Part shown: positions 18,862-29,233 of the stretch, piece after piece | Layout: each line of letters opens with the position of its first letter | Position numbering within the stretch: position 1 is the first letter of the stretch | Source: an uncultured Gemmatimonadales bacterium | GTDB taxonomy: Bacteria > Gemmatimonadota > Gemmatimonadetes > Gemmatimonadales > GWC2-71-9 | Direction of reading: 5' to 3' | DNA: 64,000 bases | Assembly: GCA_963730185.1 (NCBI GenBank) | Contig: CAVSQW010000007.1 | Location: 96,001 to 160,000, forward strand | Translations under genes and position numbers: made by a program | Notes under the pieces: model-generated | Told to the model about the DNA's origin: nothing | Seen by the model: the letters and a program-made list of their open reading frames with translations, nothing else | The model's database searches: none

Positions 18862-18883
18862 CGAGGGGGCTTCGGCCCCCTCG
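18862..18883 (+). terminator. Stem-loop with UUCG tetraloop
   Basis: CGAGGGGGC-TTCG-GCCCCCTCG directly after the stop codon; weak U-tract. Confidence 0.55.
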
Positions 18884-19086
18884 GCTCGTTCGGGGTGCAG
18901 TCGCCCCACTCCCAGGATCCACCGCAGGGCTTCGCTCGGGCTTGCCGGCTTCGCTCGCGCCATGACTAGAAGCTCATCGGCCCGGGTCACGTCCCTGTCA
19001 CCGCGACATACCAGCCGGGTCGATTCCCCTGCCAACCGCCCGGCGGGTCACTATCCTCCGGCCGTCACCCCGACGGAGGCCAGCCG

Positions 19087-20598
19087 ATGCGTCACCCATC
19101 CCGACCCGATCGCCGCGAGTTTCTCAAGGCCGCCGTCGCGGCCTGGGCTGCGCTGCCCGTGGTGCTCCGCGGCGATCCCTATCGTCCCCTGGACCGGCTG
19201 GTCCGGCGGGCCCTCGAGCCGGTCCGGATTCGGGGCCGGGTCCAGGCGGGCGGTCGCGGCCTGGCCGGCGTGGCCATGAGCGACGGCCGGATCGTGACCC
19301 GGACCGATCGGGATGGCCGCTACGAGCTGGTGACCGACGCCGCCCGGCCCTACCTCACCGTCTCGGTGCCCCGGGGCTACGAGCTGCCCACGGGCCCCAC
19401 CGGGATCGCGCGGTGCTACCGGCGGATCCGCCCGGATGGCCGGGGCGAGATGACCGCCGGATTCGAGCTCGCTCCCCTCGCCCGGGCCGACGACCACCAC
19501 CGGTTCCTCCTCGCGGCGGACATCCAGACCGAGGACGCCTCGGACGTCTCGCTCTTCCGGCGCGACGCCCAGCCCGATCTCGCCGCCACCATCGCCGAGC
19601 TCCGGTCCGAGCCGCTCTTCGCGGTGGCCGACGGCGACATCATGTGGGACCACCTCGAGCTCTACGACGACTACGAGCGGGCCGTCACCGAGCTCGGAAT
19701 CCCCTTCGTGCAAGTGGTCGGTAACCACGACCTGAACCTGAAGGCCACCAGCGACGCCGACTCGACCCGAACCTTCGAGTCGCGATTCGGGGCGCGGTAC
19801 TACTCGTTCAACCGGGGCGAGATCCACTACGTCGTCCTGGACGACGTGTTCTACTATGCGGGCGGTTACCTCGGCTATCTGACCGAAGAGCAGCTCACCT
19901 GGTTGGCCAACGATCTGGCGCTGGTGGAGCGGGGGGCGCCGGTGGTGGTGTTCCTGCACATCCCGCTCTGGTGCACCCTGTCCGAGCGGATGGGGCAGGG
20001 CCAGGCCAGCATCGCCAACGTGGTGACCAATCGGGAGGCTCTCTACCGGCTGCTCGAGCCGTTCGAGGCCCAGGTCCTCTCCGGCCACATCCACGAGAGC
20101 GACGTGGTGCACCAGGGCGGCGTCAAGCAGCGGAACCACGGGACCGTCTGCGGCGCCTGGTGGACCGGCGACATCTGCTGCGACGGGACGCCCAACGGCT
20201 ACGGGATCTACGAGGTGAAGGGGCGCGAGATCCGCTGGCAGTACCGGTCGACCGGGAAGCCGCTCGATCACCAGATGCGGGTCTACCCCCGGGGCGCCGA
20301 CCCGACCGCCCCGGACGAGATCGTGACCAACGTCTGGGCCTGGGAGCCGGACTGGACGGTCACCTGGTACGAGGACGGAGTCCGGCGGGGCGCCATGTCC
20401 CAGCGGACCGGCCTGGACCCGGCGGCCGTTGCCCAGCAGGCTGGCCCGGACCTTCCCCCGAAGCGCCCCTGGGTCGATCCGGTCAGAACCCGCCACCTCT
20501 TCTACGCTCCGGTCTCGGCCGAGGCGAGGGACGTGCGGGTCGAGGCGACGGATGGCTGGGGGAGGAACTACACGGGAGTGGTGACTCGTGAGTCGTGA
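19087..20598 (+). CDS. Tat-exported calcineurin-like metallophosphoesterase
   Basis: Tat motif DRREFLK; ADIQ, GDIMWD, GNHD, FLH and SGHIH motifs; DGTPNGY C-terminal domain. Confidence 0.9.
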   Translation: MRHPSRPDRREFLKAAVAAWAALPVVLRGDPYRPLDRLVRRALEPVRIRGRVQAGGRGLAGVAMSDGRIVTRTDRDGRYELVTDAARPYLTVSVPRGYELPTGPTGIARCYRRIRPDGRGEMTAGFELAPLARADDHHRFLLAADIQTEDASDVSLFRRDAQPDLAATIAELRSEPLFAVADGDIMWDHLELYDDYERAVTELGIPFVQVVGNHDLNLKATSDADSTRTFESRFGARYYSFNRGEIHYVVLDDVFYYAGGYLGYLTEEQLTWLANDLALVERGAPVVVFLHIPLWCTLSERMGQGQASIANVVTNREALYRLLEPFEAQVLSGHIHESDVVHQGGVKQRNHGTVCGAWWTGDICCDGTPNGYGIYEVKGREIRWQYRSTGKPLDHQMRVYPRGADPTAPDEIVTNVWAWEPDWTVTWYEDGVRRGAMSQRTGLDPAAVAQQAGPDLPPKRPWVDPVRTRHLFYAPVSAEARDVRVEATDGWGRNYTGVVTRES

Positions 20599-20703
20599 GT
20601 AGGGAGTAGGGAGGGAGTGGTGAGTGGGGAGTTGGTTCCCCTACCTTCACTCACCACTCCCTCCCGACTCACCACTCACCACTCACCACTCACGAGTCAC
20701 GAG
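20581..20703. repeat. Heptamer-based palindromic intergenic element, copy 2
   Basis: Perfect inner IR GGGAGGGAGTGGTGAGTG (20609-20626 / 20648-20665), perfect outer IR GTGACTCGTGAGT (20581-20593 / 20688-20700), tandem ACTCACC units. Confidence 0.88.
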
Positions 20704-22947
20704 GCCCCCAGGGCGTCGCTGGCCCGGTCGATGACGGCGGCCGCGGCCTCCAGGGTGCGTCCCAGCTTCACGATCTGCTGGTCCGCCTCCGGCCAGTAGC
20801 CCTGCTCGATCGCTTCCCGGACGCCCGGCATCGTCTTCACCCCATAACCCGTGTAGAAGCCGGGGGCGTAGATCTGGTGCTCATACCAAGTGCGCCGGGG
20901 CAGCCCGTCGGGGCTGGTCAGCGACTGCTCCACGCCGAGCAGGATCTCGTTGGCGCGGGTGGTGGGCCGGCCGGCCGTCGAGGCCTTCTCGAAGGCCTGC
21001 TCGTACCGGTGGGCGGCCTGGGTCAGCGCCGTCATCCCGTTGTCGAGCGGGGCGAAATTGAGATAAGGCGGCACGTCGGCCCGCTTCGGGGCCTCCTCCG
21101 GCTCCCGCGGGTCGCGGATCGCCTCGAACATGCCCTCGTCCAACTCCCGGTTCCGCTCCACCGCTTCGTCGTGCCGGGTGTGCCAGAGGGCCTTCAGCTC
21201 GTCGACGTAGCGGCCGTAGGTGTCGGCCATCCCGCCGAAGTGGAACGGCAGGACATCGGCGTTGGCGAGCCGCATGACCATCACCCCGACGGTCTGGGCC
21301 AGCGCTCGGCCGTACACGAAGTGGTGTCGTTGAACCGGGTGAAGTGCTCGAAGTCGTCGTAGATCGAGTGGTAGATGCCGTCGCCGCCCTCGCCGCCGTA
21401 CCCCATGTTCAGGGAGGCGACCCCGAGGTGCTGGAGGAAGGGCGTGAAGTCGGAGCCGCTGCCCAGCGCCTCGATCCGGAGGTCGCCCCGGACTCCGGAG
21501 CTCCTTTCGAGTCCGCGCCTGAGGCCCGGCTGATCGACGCCAGCTGCCGACGCTTCCAGGCGGTCATCCCGGTCTCGGGATCGGTGACCTCCCGGGCCAC
21601 CTCGTTGACGAACCGCTCCAGCGAGTGCGAGCCGCCCGCGTCCAGGAAGCCGCGCCCGTTCACGTCGGAGTTGATGTAGGCAACCGCCTTCCGGCGGAGC
21701 TCGTCGCCGTGCTCCTCGGCCCACTCGGTGCTTCCGATCAGACCCTGCTCCTCGCCGTCCCAGGCGGCGTAGATGATGGTCCGGCGGGGCTTCCAGCCTT
21801 GCTTCATGAGCTGAGCCAGTCCGCGGAGCTCTTCCATCTCGGCCGTGAGCCCCGAGAGGGGGTCCTCGGCGCCGTTGACCCAGCCGTCGCGATGGTTGCC
21901 GCGCACCACCCACTGATCGGGCTGCTCGGTGCCCGGAATCCGGACGATCACATCGTTCACCGGCACCGTCTTCCAGTCGAACACCAGCTTGAGGTGCACC
22001 CGAGCCGCTCCGGGGCCGACCTTGTAGGTGATCGGCAGGCCGCCCCGCCAGGCCTCGGGCGCCACCGGCCCATCGAGCGCCGCCAGAATCGGCTGCGCGT
22101 CGGCGTAGCTGATCGGGAGGACAGGAATCTTGGTGATGGTGAGGATCTCGTCCTTCGAGAGGCGGTGGGCGTCGGGCGTCGCCCCCACGCCGGGGGTGGC
22201 CGGGTCACCGGTGTAGAGCGGCATGTCCATCACGCTACCCCGCTGCACCCCGTCGGCCGGCCGGTAAGGACCCTTGGGATAGACGTCGCCCTGCCCGTAG
22301 CCGTCGTCGGCCGGGTCGGAGTAGATGATGCACCCGATCGCCCCGTGCTCGGCCGCCACCTTCGGCTTGATGCCCCGCCAGGAGCCGCCGTACTTCGCGA
22401 TCACGATGGCACCCTTGACCGAGATGCCGAGCCGCTCGAGCCGCTCGTAGTCGGCGGGGATGCCGTAGTTGACGAACACCACCGGACCGGTCACGTCGCC
22501 GTCGATGGAGTAGGCGTTGTAGGTCGGCAGCTGCTCGCTCTGGAGCGTGGAGGAGTGGTCGCCGGGCACCGGAGGCTCCCGGAGCTTGGCCACGTACTTG
22601 GTCGGCGCGATCAGCTCCAGCACCCGCTCCTTCGGCGTCGGGAAGAGGGCCTGGAACTGCTCGATCTTCGCGTCGAGGCCCCAGCTGGTGTAGAGCTTGA
22701 CCAGCCACTCGGCATTGTCGCGGCCGTAGGCCGAGCCGAGGGCCTGGGGGCGGGCGGAGAGACGCTTCATGTAGGAGCGCATGCTGTCGGGGACGGGGAG
22801 CGCCTTGAATTTGGCCTCCCACTCCCGCTCGACTCGGCTTCCGTCGGCCGAGAACCCGCTGATCGGGTCGTTCGGTGACTGGAAGGCGGGGAGCAGGAGT
22901 AGCCCGAGCGTGAGCGGAAAGGCAGCGGTGAGACGGGAACGACGCAT
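20697..22947 (-). pseudogene. M28 glutamate carboxypeptidase II-like (PA + peptidase + TfR dimerisation domain), frameshifted
   Basis: Three track ORFs join into one protein: GNHRDGW, AEDP, WDGEE.GLIGS, then LGSGSDF..YHSIYD, then YAPGFYTGYG. Indels near 21490-21510 and 21321, possibly sequencing errors. Confidence 0.85.
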
Positions 22948-23233
22948 CGGTTGATCCTCGAGGTGTCTTGGGGAGGAGCTGAGGGCGCAGGCCGGGACCC
23001 GGTCGGGGCCGGCGCCCCGGGGAGTTTAGCCCGATCCGGCCCGGGACACGAGGTTGGCGCCCCGGGGCACCCCTCTCACCGGAGAGGCGCACCACTGATC
23101 GGCATCGAGTTCACCTCTCACCTCCGCGGGCGCCGGGCCGGTGGCGGCCGAATGGCGCCGAACGGGCCGACGGCTCGAGAGGTCGAGGCCCCCCGGTCGC
23201 GTTCCTCTCCGGACCAGTGCAGATTGGTCGCCG

Positions 23234-24250
23234 ATGCCTCCTTTGCCGCCCGTCGCCCGGTTCGAATCCGACACCGGCGTTCGGATCTACCGGATCTCCT
23301 GCCAGGCGTTTCCCACCCTGGTGGCCCACGCCTACCTCCTGATCGGCGCCGGTCCCGTCACCCTGGTCGACACGGGGAGCGGGTACGGCGACTCGACCCG
23401 GCAGCTGCTCGAGGGGCTGGACCAAGTCCGGACCGAGTTCGGTGAGGCGGTGCGGCTTCGCGACATCCGCCGGATCCTGATCACCCACGGCCACGTCGAC
23501 CACTTCGGCGGGCTGGTGCAGGCCAGCCGGCCGATCACGGCCGAGGTCGGAATTCACGTGCTGGACAAGTGGGTGCTGGTCTCGTACGAGGAGCGCCTGC
23601 TGGTGGCGACCAAGGCGATGCGGGCCTTCCTGGCCCAGGCCGGCGTGGAACGGGAGCGCCAGGCGGGGCTGATCGAGCTCTACCAGTTCTCCAAACGCCA
23701 TGTCCGGAGCGTACCGGTCGACTTCACCCTGAGCGACGGTCAGGAGCTGGACGGGCTCCGGTTTGTCCACACCCCGGGCCACTGCCCCGGGCAGGTCTGC
23801 ATCCGGATCGGCGACGTGCTCCTGTCGGCCGACCACGTGCTCCCCGTGACGACGCCGCACCAGTCACCCGAGAGCATCACCGCCTGGACCGGGTTGGGCC
23901 ACTACCTCGAGGCGATCGCCAAGATCGGCCGGGAAGACGGGGTCCGGCTGGCGCTTGGCGGGCACGAAACCCCGATTACCGATTTTGCCGACCGCCTGGT
24001 GGCCATCCGGGCCGACCACGATCGGAAGCTCGACCGGATCCTCGGCCTTCTCCGGGAGCCGCCCGGCCTGACCATGGCCGGGCTCACCGACCGGATGTAT
24101 CCGACGGTCAAGGATTGGAACGTGCTCCTGGCCCTGACCGAGGTGGGCGCGCACGTGGAGTATCTATACGAGAGGGGGGAGCTGCACGTCACCAACCTCG
24201 ACCAGGTCGAAACCGAGGAGAATCCCGGGCTGGTGTTTGCCAGGGACTAG
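23234..24250 (+). CDS. MBL-fold metallo-hydrolase
   Basis: LVDTG, THGHVDH, TPGH, ADH and GGH motifs. Likely ATG at 23234. Confidence 0.88.
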   Translation: MPPLPPVARFESDTGVRIYRISCQAFPTLVAHAYLLIGAGPVTLVDTGSGYGDSTRQLLEGLDQVRTEFGEAVRLRDIRRILITHGHVDHFGGLVQASRPITAEVGIHVLDKWVLVSYEERLLVATKAMRAFLAQAGVERERQAGLIELYQFSKRHVRSVPVDFTLSDGQELDGLRFVHTPGHCPGQVCIRIGDVLLSADHVLPVTTPHQSPESITAWTGLGHYLEAIAKIGREDGVRLALGGHETPITDFADRLVAIRADHDRKLDRILGLLREPPGLTMAGLTDRMYPTVKDWNVLLALTEVGAHVEYLYERGELHVTNLDQVETEENPGLVFARD

Positions 24251-24470
24251 CGACTCGTGAGTGGGGGGTGGTGACTGGGGAGTGGTGACTGGTGACCGGG
24301 GAGTGAGTGGGCGGCAGGGAGTCGTGGCTATACCTCGTACTCCCTCCGACTCCCTCGTCCCCCCGCGACCTGCTCCGATCCTCGTCAGGGCGCTCGTGAG
24401 CGGAACGGGCCACCCTACCGCCAACTCACGACTCCCTCCCTGCTCACCACTCACGAATCACTCGTCACTC
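24251..24470. repeat. Heptamer-based palindromic intergenic element, copy 3 (longer spacer)
   Basis: G-rich left arm (GACTCGTGAGTGG, TGGTGAC units). The right arm CCCTACCGCCAACTCACGACTCCCTCCCT is nearly identical to copy 1. Confidence 0.8.
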
Positions 24471-25737
24471 CCACCCGGATCGCCTCCAGCACCTTGTCGC
24501 CGAAGAGATCGATCTCGTCGACGGTGGTGTAGACGTTGGGGGTGATCCGGAGGCCGCTGAACTGGGGGTGCCCGATCGGGGTGGTCTGGATGCGATGCTT
24601 GCTCAGGAGCCAGCCGTAGAGCTTGCCCGGGTCGATGCCCTCGATGCTCAGCAGCGCGATGGCCCCGGCGTAGGGCGTGTCGAGCTGGGTTGGGATCGAG
24701 ACCCGGTCGCTCTCCGCCAGGAGGCGTTTGGCCCACCGGTCCCGGAGGTAGCGGAGCCGGGCGATCTTCCGATCGGCCCCGATCGCTCGGTGGAACGCCA
24801 GCGCCGTCGAGATGGCGTTGTGATTGGCCGCCGGATGGGTGCCGATCTCCTCGTACTTCCGGACGTTGTCGTCCATCGACGCGGGGGCGGCCATCAGGGG
24901 CCAGAGTTTCTTCTGCTTCGCTTTCCGGACGTACAGGAAGCCGGTCCCGATCGGCGCCAGGAGCCACTTGTGGAGACTCGTGCCGTAGAAGTCGCAGTCC
25001 AGGTCGTCGTGCTTGAAGGGGAAGTGGGCGTAGGCGTGGGCCCCGTCCACCAGCACCTCGATCCCGAGCGGCCGGGCCATCTCCACCAGTGCCCGGACCG
25101 GCATGATCTGGCCGGTCAGGTTGGTGATGTGGGTAACCTCGAGGGCCCTGGTTCGGGGGGTGATCGCGGCCCGGAACTGTTCCACCAGGTATTCCGGGGA
25201 GGGTGGCGGTACCTTGAACGAGATCGACTTGACGACGATCCCTTCGCGGCGGGCCCGCTGGTCCCAGGTGGTGAGCATCCGGGGGTAGTTCTGATCGGTG
25301 ACGATCACCTCGTCGCCCCGTTTCAGGTCGAGCCCCATGATGTACGTCTCGTTGGCCTCGGACGCGTTCCGGGTGATGGCCATTTCCTCCGGATCGCAGC
25401 CGAAGTCGCGAGCGAGATCGCGGCGGACGCTCTCGATCCGGGGCTCCAGCACTCCCCACATGTGGTTCACCGGGATCTCGTTGCTGAACCGGAGATCGCG
25501 GATCATTTGCTCGAGCACGTGGGTCGGGGTGGGGCAGACCCCGCCGTTGTTGAGGTTCACCATGGTCCGGTCGGTGTCGAAGGCGCGTTGGATCTCGCCC
25601 CAGTAGAGCTCGTCGTCCGGGCCGCCGTCCCCTCGTTCCGCGGCGCGGAGAACACGGCGAAAGGCATCGGAGCGGAACGCGGGTGCCAAGGCGGAGGCGC
25701 CCACGAGCGACTGGACGAAGTCTCGACGGCTGGCCAT
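24451..25737 (-). CDS. Tat-exported class V PLP-dependent aminotransferase (isopenicillin N epimerase-like)
   Basis: SRRDF Tat motif, NLNNGG, VDGAH and SLHKW (PLP lysine). Confidence 0.9.
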   Translation of the reverse strand: MASRRDFVQSLVGASALAPAFRSDAFRRVLRAAERGDGGPDDELYWGEIQRAFDTDRTMVNLNNGGVCPTPTHVLEQMIRDLRFSNEIPVNHMWGVLEPRIESVRRDLARDFGCDPEEMAITRNASEANETYIMGLDLKRGDEVIVTDQNYPRMLTTWDQRARREGIVVKSISFKVPPPSPEYLVEQFRAAITPRTRALEVTHITNLTGQIMPVRALVEMARPLGIEVLVDGAHAYAHFPFKHDDLDCDFYGTSLHKWLLAPIGTGFLYVRKAKQKKLWPLMAAPASMDDNVRKYEEIGTHPAANHNAISTALAFHRAIGADRKIARLRYLRDRWAKRLLAESDRVSIPTQLDTPYAGAIALLSIEGIDPGKLYGWLLSKHRIQTTPIGHPQFSGLRITPNVYTTVDEIDLFGDKVLEAIRVGVTSDS

Positions 25738-25832
25738 GGTAGGCTCGTAGTGGAAGGATTGCTCTAATCATCGGGGCCCGGGCGGTCCTGGGCAAGTTCG
25801 GGGGCACGCGACGTGCTTTTGTCGTTCTGACC

Positions 25833-28800
25833 ATGCGATATCCGGCTCGAGCCTCTCGGACGGCCTCCCGCCATCCCGTTGCCATCGCTGCGGTTAGGAA
25901 CGGCGATGCAACTCGGTGCGGTGGGCTGGGACGGCGTTTGCTCTGGCAGCTTGCCACGGCGGCCACGGTGGCGGGACTCCTGAGCCTCGCGGCCTGCGGC
26001 GGCGATCCGACCCTGGCCGGGGCCTTGGCGCCGCCGGCCCCAGGCAGCCTGGCGGTGACGGTGACGGGCCTTCCGGCCGGGGCGCCGGCCAACCTGACCC
26101 TCTCCAACGCGAGCGGATACCAGCGCGCCCTCACGGGGTCGGAGACGATCCCCGACCTGGTGGCGGGCAGCTACACCCTGGCGGCGGCCGGCGTGACTGC
26201 CGATGGTGACGGGTACGACCCCGCCCCCGTCACCCAGTCCCTGTCGGTGCATGCCGGACCCTCGACCACCTCGGCCAGCGTCGAATACGGGATCTCGACC
26301 GGCCGGATCGATCTCGCCATCACCGGTCTCCCGGCCGGCGCCGACGCGGCGGTGACGGTGAGCGGCCCCGACGGATTCGACCTGCCGGCCCCGTCCAGCG
26401 GCCAGCTCAAGGGTCTCGCGCCGGGTACCTACACCGTCCGGGCGGCCCCCCTGACCGTCGATGGCGACGGCTATGCGCCGTCGGTCGATTCCGTTCTCGT
26501 GCTGGTGACGCCGGGCACGACCCCGTCGCCGGCATCGGTGGCCTATGCGATCGTGACCGGCCGCCTCGATCTCGGCATCGCCGGGGCGCCGGACGGCACC
26601 ACGCCGGCCGTGACGGTGACCGGGCCGAACGGCTTCGAGGACACCGTCGCGGCCACGACGTCCTTTACCGGCCTCGAGCCGGGCACCTACGCCGTGGCGG
26701 CGCCCTCGCTCACCAGCGGCGGCCATCGTTGGGATGCCGAGGTCGCCCCGGCGTCGATCGAGGTGCCGGCGAGCGCCACGCCGGCCTCCGGGGCGGTGAC
26801 CTATGGCCTGGCGACCGGTGCCCTGACCGTGACCGTGACCGGACTGCCGGCCGGCGCCTCGGCTGGGTTGACGCTGACCGGTCCAGGTGGGAGCCAGCCG
26901 ATCACCGCCACGACCACGCTGGTCGGTCTGGCGCCGGGCGACTACACCCTCACCGCCGCGTCGGTCTCGGCCGGCGGTGGGACCTGGCTCGGCTCCCCGG
27001 CCACCCAGCCGGTCACGGTGGCGGCCTCGCTCACGCCGGCGGCCGCGAGCGTCGCCTACGCCCGCGGAACCGGGACCCTCGACCTGACGATCTCCGGGGT
27101 TCCGACCGGCGCCGCGGCGCTGGTGGTGGTCACCGGGCCGAACGGGTACTCCCAGAGCCTCTCGGCCTCCCAGACGTTGGGTGGCCTCGATCCCGGGGGC
27201 TACACCGTCGCCGCGAGCAACGTCACGGCCAGCGGCCAGACCTACCTCCCGACCCCGGCGTCGCAGCCGGTGGCGGTGTCGATCGGCGCGACGGCTGCGG
27301 CCACGGTGACCTACGGGCTCCAGGGGGGCGCTCTCGCGCTGGCGGTCACCGGCTTGCCGGGCGGCACGGCGGCTTCGGTGCAGGTGACCGGTCCCGGCGG
27401 CTACAACCACTCGGTCACGGCGTCGACGACCCTGACCGGCCTCCTCGCCGGGAGCTACGCCGTGGTCGCCGACTCGGTCACCAGCGGCGCGACCCGGTAC
27501 GGGCCGACGCCCGCCTCGCAGAACGTCGCGGTCACCAGCGGGAATACGGCCGCCGCGGCGATCGCCTACGCGGCCGCGCCCCCGCCGGGGACGACCCTGA
27601 ATCTGGTGGTCGACGGGATGTACCTGACCCAGGCCGCGCAGCGGTACGACGGGTCCGTCCCGCTGGTGGCGGGCCGTGATGCTTATCTCCGGGTGTTCGT
27701 GAAGGCCAACCAGGCCAACAGCGAGACGCCCGCCGTCCGGGTGCGCTTCTATTCGGGCGGTACCCTGACCCAGACCTCGACGATCACCGCCCCGGGCGCC
27801 AGCGTGCCCACCGCAGTGACCGAGGGAACGCTTGCCTCGTCCTGGAACCTGCCGGTGCCGGGCGCCCTGCTGCAGCCGAACCTCAAGGTGCTGGTCGACG
27901 TCGACCCCACCAACGCGGTGGCCGAGTCGAGCGACACCGACAACAGCTTCCCGGCCAGCGGGACGCCGTTCGCCGTGGACGTCCGCTCGCTCCCGACCTT
28001 CCACGTCCGCTTCGTTCCGGTGCTCCAGTCGGCCAACGGGCTCCAGGGCAACGTCAGCTCGGGCAACCAGGCGCAGTACTTGACCGACGTGCTCAAGATG
28101 CTGCCGATCGGTGCCTACGACGCCGACATCCACTCGGTCTACACCACCACCGCGGCGGCGGTCGAGTCGAGCAACGGCAATGGTGCCTGGGGCACGATCC
28201 TGAACGAGATCTGGGCCCTCAAGGGCGCCGACGGCAGCACCCGGTACTACTACGGCGTGCTCAAGGCCAGCTACTCGAGCGGCGTCGCCGGGATCGGCTA
28301 CGTCGGCGGCGGCATCAACTCGGCCCTCGGCTGGGACCATCTGCCCAGCGGTTCCGGCGTCATGGCGCACGAGCTGGGGCACAACATGAGCCGGTCCCAT
28401 GCTCCCTGCGGCGGAGTGGCCGGCCCTGATCCGAGCTATCCCTACACCGGGGGCCAGCTGGGCATCTACGGTCTGGACCTGACGACCCTGGCCCTCAAGT
28501 CGCCGACGACGACCTTCGACCTGATGGGCTACTGCAATCCGGTCTGGATCAGCGACTACAACTGGAACGGCATGCTCCAGTACCGGCAGAGCAACGCCAA
28601 CTACGCGCCTCCGGTCGCGCCGACGGCGGGTGACGGGCTCCTGGTCTGGGGTCGGGTCACGCCGCGAGGCATCGTCCTGGAGCCGGCCTTCCCGGTCCGG
28701 GCGCCGTTCACGGCGCCCGCGGCCTCGACCGCGTACCGGGTCGAGGGAGTCTCGCTCACCGGACAGGTCCTCTTCAGCTACCCGGTCCAGCCGGTGGAGG

Positions 28801-29180
28801 CGGTCGACGACGTCCAGGCCCCCGAGCTCCAGTTCGCGGCGGTCCTGCCGGTCTCACCGGCCGTGTCGCAGCAGGTCGCGACCCTCCGGTTCGTGACCCC
28901 CTCGGGGACCGCGGTGCGGACCTCGCCGCGGGCGGCGTCCGGAGCCCGGACCCTGTTCATGCCCGACCCGGGCGCGTCGGCCGCCCGCCCGAACGCGCTC
29001 CAGGCCGCGCTTCAGTGGGACGGCGCGACCTATCCGATGGCGCTGGTCCGCGACGCCGCGACCGGACAGATCCTCTCGTTCGCGCGAGGTGGCCAGGCCA
29101 CGATCTGGACCCGGGCCGCGGCTCTCGACGTGACCTTCTCGGACGGGATCCAGGCCCGGAGCGCCCGACTCACGCCCTGA
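25833..29180 (+). CDS. Large lipoprotein: six Ig-like repeats plus M66-like zinc metalloprotease
   Basis: Lipobox LAAC; six ~87-aa repeats (G.L.V..TGLP.G...V.VTGP.G...L..G.Y); AHELGHNMSRSHAPCG and Met-turn DLMGY. Start uncertain. Confidence 0.82.
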   Translation: MRYPARASRTASRHPVAIAAVRNGDATRCGGLGRRLLWQLATAATVAGLLSLAACGGDPTLAGALAPPAPGSLAVTVTGLPAGAPANLTLSNASGYQRALTGSETIPDLVAGSYTLAAAGVTADGDGYDPAPVTQSLSVHAGPSTTSASVEYGISTGRIDLAITGLPAGADAAVTVSGPDGFDLPAPSSGQLKGLAPGTYTVRAAPLTVDGDGYAPSVDSVLVLVTPGTTPSPASVAYAIVTGRLDLGIAGAPDGTTPAVTVTGPNGFEDTVAATTSFTGLEPGTYAVAAPSLTSGGHRWDAEVAPASIEVPASATPASGAVTYGLATGALTVTVTGLPAGASAGLTLTGPGGSQPITATTTLVGLAPGDYTLTAASVSAGGGTWLGSPATQPVTVAASLTPAAASVAYARGTGTLDLTISGVPTGAAALVVVTGPNGYSQSLSASQTLGGLDPGGYTVAASNVTASGQTYLPTPASQPVAVSIGATAAATVTYGLQGGALALAVTGLPGGTAASVQVTGPGGYNHSVTASTTLTGLLAGSYAVVADSVTSGATRYGPTPASQNVAVTSGNTAAAAIAYAAAPPPGTTLNLVVDGMYLTQAAQRYDGSVPLVAGRDAYLRVFVKANQANSETPAVRVRFYSGGTLTQTSTITAPGASVPTAVTEGTLASSWNLPVPGALLQPNLKVLVDVDPTNAVAESSDTDNSFPASGTPFAVDVRSLPTFHVRFVPVLQSANGLQGNVSSGNQAQYLTDVLKMLPIGAYDADIHSVYTTTAAAVESSNGNGAWGTILNEIWALKGADGSTRYYYGVLKASYSSGVAGIGYVGGGINSALGWDHLPSGSGVMAHELGHNMSRSHAPCGGVAGPDPSYPYTGGQLGIYGLDLTTLALKSPTTTFDLMGYCNPVWISDYNWNGMLQYRQSNANYAPPVAPTAGDGLLVWGRVTPRGIVLEPAFPVRAPFTAPAASTAYRVEGVSLTGQVLFSYPVQPVEAVDDVQAPELQFAAVLPVSPAVSQQVATLRFVTPSGTAVRTSPRAASGARTLFMPDPGASAARPNALQAALQWDGATYPMALVRDAATGQILSFARGGQATIWTRAAALDVTFSDGIQARSARLTP

Positions 29181-29233
29181 GCGGACCGGGGGGCGGCCTG
29201 CGCGCGAGGCGGGGCGGGTCCTAGATTCCAGGC

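Noticed and set aside
18890..19050. Possible structured ncRNA (GGCTTCGCTCG twice, small hairpins)
   Set aside because: I could not match any RNA family, and such pairing is expected at this GC content.
22950..23230. Riboswitch in the M28/MBL divergent intergenic region (CCTCTC/GAGAGG words)
   Set aside because: The conserved core of glycine or other riboswitches is not recognisable.
5556..24470. Heptamer repeats as a CRISPR array or IS ends
   Set aside because: No constant repeat with unique spacers, no cas or transposase gene, no target-site duplication.
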